Assembly: GCF_000150275.1 (NCBI RefSeq)
Contig: NW_002060943.1
Location: 9,332,209-9,396,208 of the forward strand
Reading direction: 5' to 3'
Length of the DNA: 64,000 bases
Source of the DNA: Trichoplax adhaerens
Lineage: Eukaryota; Animalia; Placozoa
Positions 60,619 to 64,000 of this stretch are shown here, in pieces; the first letter of the stretch is position 1, and every line of letters starts with the position of its first letter. A program made the translations under genes and the position numbers. A model generated the notes under the pieces. That model saw only the letters and a list, made by a program, of their open reading frames with translations, did no database searches and had not been told where the DNA came from.

Positions 60619-63600
60619 TTAAAATAATTTAATCCTTTCAGAATTGAAATAGAGATTGGACGAATTATACACCAATGACCAAACATAAGGAATAAAAAAT
60701 TCTTCAGGACGGTCCTCTTCGACATATTTGAAACGAAGATCAGGAAATTTCTGGAAAGATTCACAATAACAAAATTATCCAAATCCATTGGCAATGTATC
60801 ACTCTAATAATGATAAGAATAATCTTCGACTTTCATAGCTTAAAACTGTTACCTTTAATCTATCACCAGGCCACAACTGAGCCCCTTCATTAATAACTCT
60901 AAATACCGTTTCTACAGATAAGTTTGATTCGCCCGTTTCTTCCAAGCGCGTATTAAAATAGGTTAAAACCTACGAAGAATATCGCTATGAGTATTTAAAA
61001 ATAACAAAAACTGTTACATCTTTTTATACCGTTTCTATATTTTGTATGATATCTTGAAATATAGGATGAGTTCGGAACTGAATGAATAATTCCTTTTGAT
61101 GTAGCATTGCGTAAATTAGATGTGGATTATATTTCAAGGAGTGCGTTAAACAGCTGTTAATGATTTCTAAAACCATTCGGATGACTTCTTCAAGGATTGC
61201 TAAATCTGCAGCCTATTATCAATTATATGATTATGATTATATTTAATTGTACATAATAAATGTAATTAATTTATATTTCTTACATAATCGCTAGATTCCT
61301 GATATTCTTCTAAAATTGATTCTGATTCTTCATGTGATTTATTATCATTCTTTTGCTGGCTTGCGTACTGTCTCATCTTTTCGCTAACTTTAGCGTGCTT
61401 CTTAGAAAGGATTCCGTATAAACTAAAAACCACAATGTATATTAAAAAGAAAAGTATCAGTTAAATCTTTTTGTTTTAAAGGTGCCACGTACTGTAGATG
61501 ACCTAATAATAATAGCTCAATCACCTTAAGAGTCTCTGAGCAACGTATGGATGAAGAGCTCGAAAGTGAGCGGACATATTCGCCAAAGCAGCCAAGCAAT
61601 TAGTATGAAGGTACTTGTCCTACATAAATACCATGCAAGTCAGTACAGTTGCATATTCTACACTTGTACTGGAAACTTTACTAACTCTCATTTTTGCCAT
61701 GTTGAACTGAATTGTTCTAATTACAATCAAAACTAACAGTCCTCCAAGCGTTATATCATTCAAAGACCTTTCAGTAAACCACGCTACCGATCGTAAATCC
61801 TATAGTAAAAGACATGATTCTTTATGAATTCTCCAATACTTCAAATAATTGATATCACAACGTAAAGTTAATGATTGTTATATACTCGCAAGTTACCAGA
61901 ATATGAATAGAATTGTTAAACCCACTATCTTGGCTCAAAATAAGTAGTATAATTAAAGCCATATAGATGTGATGTGAATTCTTTTCCTCCGCTTCGTAGA
62001 GTAACTTTAGTATAGGTATTACCTTTAAACAAATCACACAAAATCAACTGTCCGAAATTTGTAGTAATCCAAATACAACGTCACTTACCAGAGAATCTAT
62101 ATCAACGCGTGAAAGCACATACGAAGCAAAACTGGGATTTCGATGTAATAATAAATACAACAAAAGGGTCGTTTCATCGGCATGTAATTCTCTAAAAAGT
62201 CATTCACATAAATTTAGTAGAAGATAATATCTTAAAAACACCGGCTTCAAGGTTTAGATTTAAAATTACTTGCATATAGTATTGTACAGTTGACTCATAT
62301 TGAATGATGAATCGTGCGGAGAGCTGGAAGGAGTGTCATCAGAATGTGCAGATTCGATCTCAACATTAACTGAAATATATATATATAAGCAAAGTTACTT
62401 TAAATTTTATGCATTCCTAAATAAAAGAGATAATACAGAGGAATGAAATGTAACTACTGTACCATCAGATTCCTTAGCTCCAAGCCGAAATAATGAATGC
62501 CTGAAAGGATTAAATTTTCCTTCATCTTGTATATGATGGCTAGATAAAGCTAATAATAGTAGCAAAGACTGTACTCCCAAAGGTGATTTGCGATTATCTT
62601 CAGGAATTGCATTTGTCTTAGATACCATCGACCAAAGACCAGCTAAGAACATAAAATATTCACCATATTACAATTTACTAAAAGTACCGGGTTAGCACCG
62701 CTTTACCACATACGTACAGGCTACAGCTGATCCAATGTTGTAAAATAATCCTGTATTAAGATACAAGGATATCTTCTTTGGCGGAGGTACTTGCTGAGTA
62801 AAGTTATCAAGTAAAGACCGTACAACATTTTGAGCGACGCTAAAAAGTAGAAATGCAAGCAGATTTTAAGCACACTACAATAATAAAAACAGGCAATAGA
62901 GAGTTTATCAGTTTATAGCTTCTTATACCCACGAATTTTCGTAAAAGTTTACCTCTTTTGAGCCATGATTACTTTATGAAACGGGCTATTGCACGATGTT
63001 TTTGGATTATAGATTTCGGCCGAAAGTAAACTTAATATAATATTGATGGCTTCGTAATGGATGTAGTAGGTATTTTTTCTATGTGTTATATTAGAATCAA
63101 ATGTGAGGATACGACATACCCATACGTTAAAAGCAAAGAATTAATGTTTTATTCAGTGTTTTCTTACATGATCGGAAAAGTTATAATTATATTCATTAAT
63201 TCCCTAATAAAGACCCTCAGTAACTCTAAAAAATTTATGATAACTAGTATCAATCTTCCTTATCATATAATTTACGATATGTCAAGGTAATAAAACCTAA
63301 TGCTGCATGGCATTAAATCCAAACCTTATCGTTATACTTACTTTCTTCTGGTATCAGTCTAATATCATTATTTGATTGCAAGTCTTTCTCATCGTCATTT
63401 AAATTTTGGTCTCTGATCTCGCTATTTACAGATATTATTGTATCTGTCAATTTGGCTACGTTAGTTTCTTTCTTTCTTTCGTCATCACATTCAGATACTT
63501 TCTTTTTATTAACGGAATCTTCCTTAGTCTAATTAAGTTAAAGGAAATTAAATTTTGATAATCATAATAAATCTGTCATTTCAGTAGATGTAAAACTAAA

Positions 63601-64000
63601 AGTTAAAGCAATCATCTAAAAGCATTTAAAAAGTTTAATTACATCATTAATGATAAATATCTATTTTAGCTATCCACAAATATTACAGTATAGAAGTCAT
63701 GAAGTTCCAATTGTAACGAAACCATCATTCATAAATTTACCTCATGAATGAATCTAATTTGAGGATTACGCGGACTGGATAAGAATTGCCTGACAATTGT
63801 TTCTTCCCGTAATACTTCAAACTGATACTTGCAGACGAACCGAATTATCAACAAGCAGTTGTACGTAATTAAAGCGCTATGGTTACTGTAATAGAGAAAA
63901 TGATTTCATTATGGTTGCATCCTGTTATGGAACACATAGTGATATCATTTAAATGGTTTTATATGAAGACAATCAGTATATCTTATGCAGTAAACTTTTG
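60619..64000 (-). CDS. DYM: Dymeclin, 3' part (gene continues beyond the window)
   Basis: [79 protein letters not shown], and C-terminus [28 protein letters not shown]. Stop at 60619-60621. Confidence 0.95.

Noticed and set aside
62765-62772. AT-AC U12 donor (minus-strand ATATCCTT) in dymeclin
   Set aside because: It lies inside a coding exon (KKISLY) that aligns with dymeclin. The similar word near 43441 is also coding (DIL).
18725-64000. Functional endolysosomal/Golgi gene cluster (EPG5, PTCHD-like, DYM)
   Set aside because: The genes are interspersed with unrelated ones, and there is no evidence of co-regulation beyond chance adjacency.

Overview
AT-rich, gene-dense, intron-rich eukaryotic DNA carrying a metazoan housekeeping gene set with mostly 60-100 nt GT-AG introns. 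This organisation best fits a placozoan such as Trichoplax (inference, not database-checked). Manual exon joining gives, in order: divergent SQOR (-), NTAQ1/WDYHV1 (-), SIN3 (+), EPG5 (-), a Patched-related/PTCHD3-like sterol-sensing RND protein (+), TUBGCP6 (-), ATP5F1C (+), an intronless DUF1294/YsdA-like membrane protein (+), a Shisa/CYYR1-like single-pass PPxY protein (-) and the 3' part of dymeclin (-). The most striking non-coding signal is a family of palindromic TACAG/CTGTA (GTAC-core) arrays. They sit just upstream of all seven conserved housekeeping start codons, including three head-to-head pairs, and are missing from tail-to-tail spacers, which suggests a sequence-encoded promoter marking system. 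SIN3 introns host a clear box C/D snoRNA, whose guide matches the 18S site equivalent to yeast Am420/human Am468, and a probable H/ACA RNA. Several unusually long introns fold into extended hairpins. All gene identities come from recognising motifs by eye; no searches were run.
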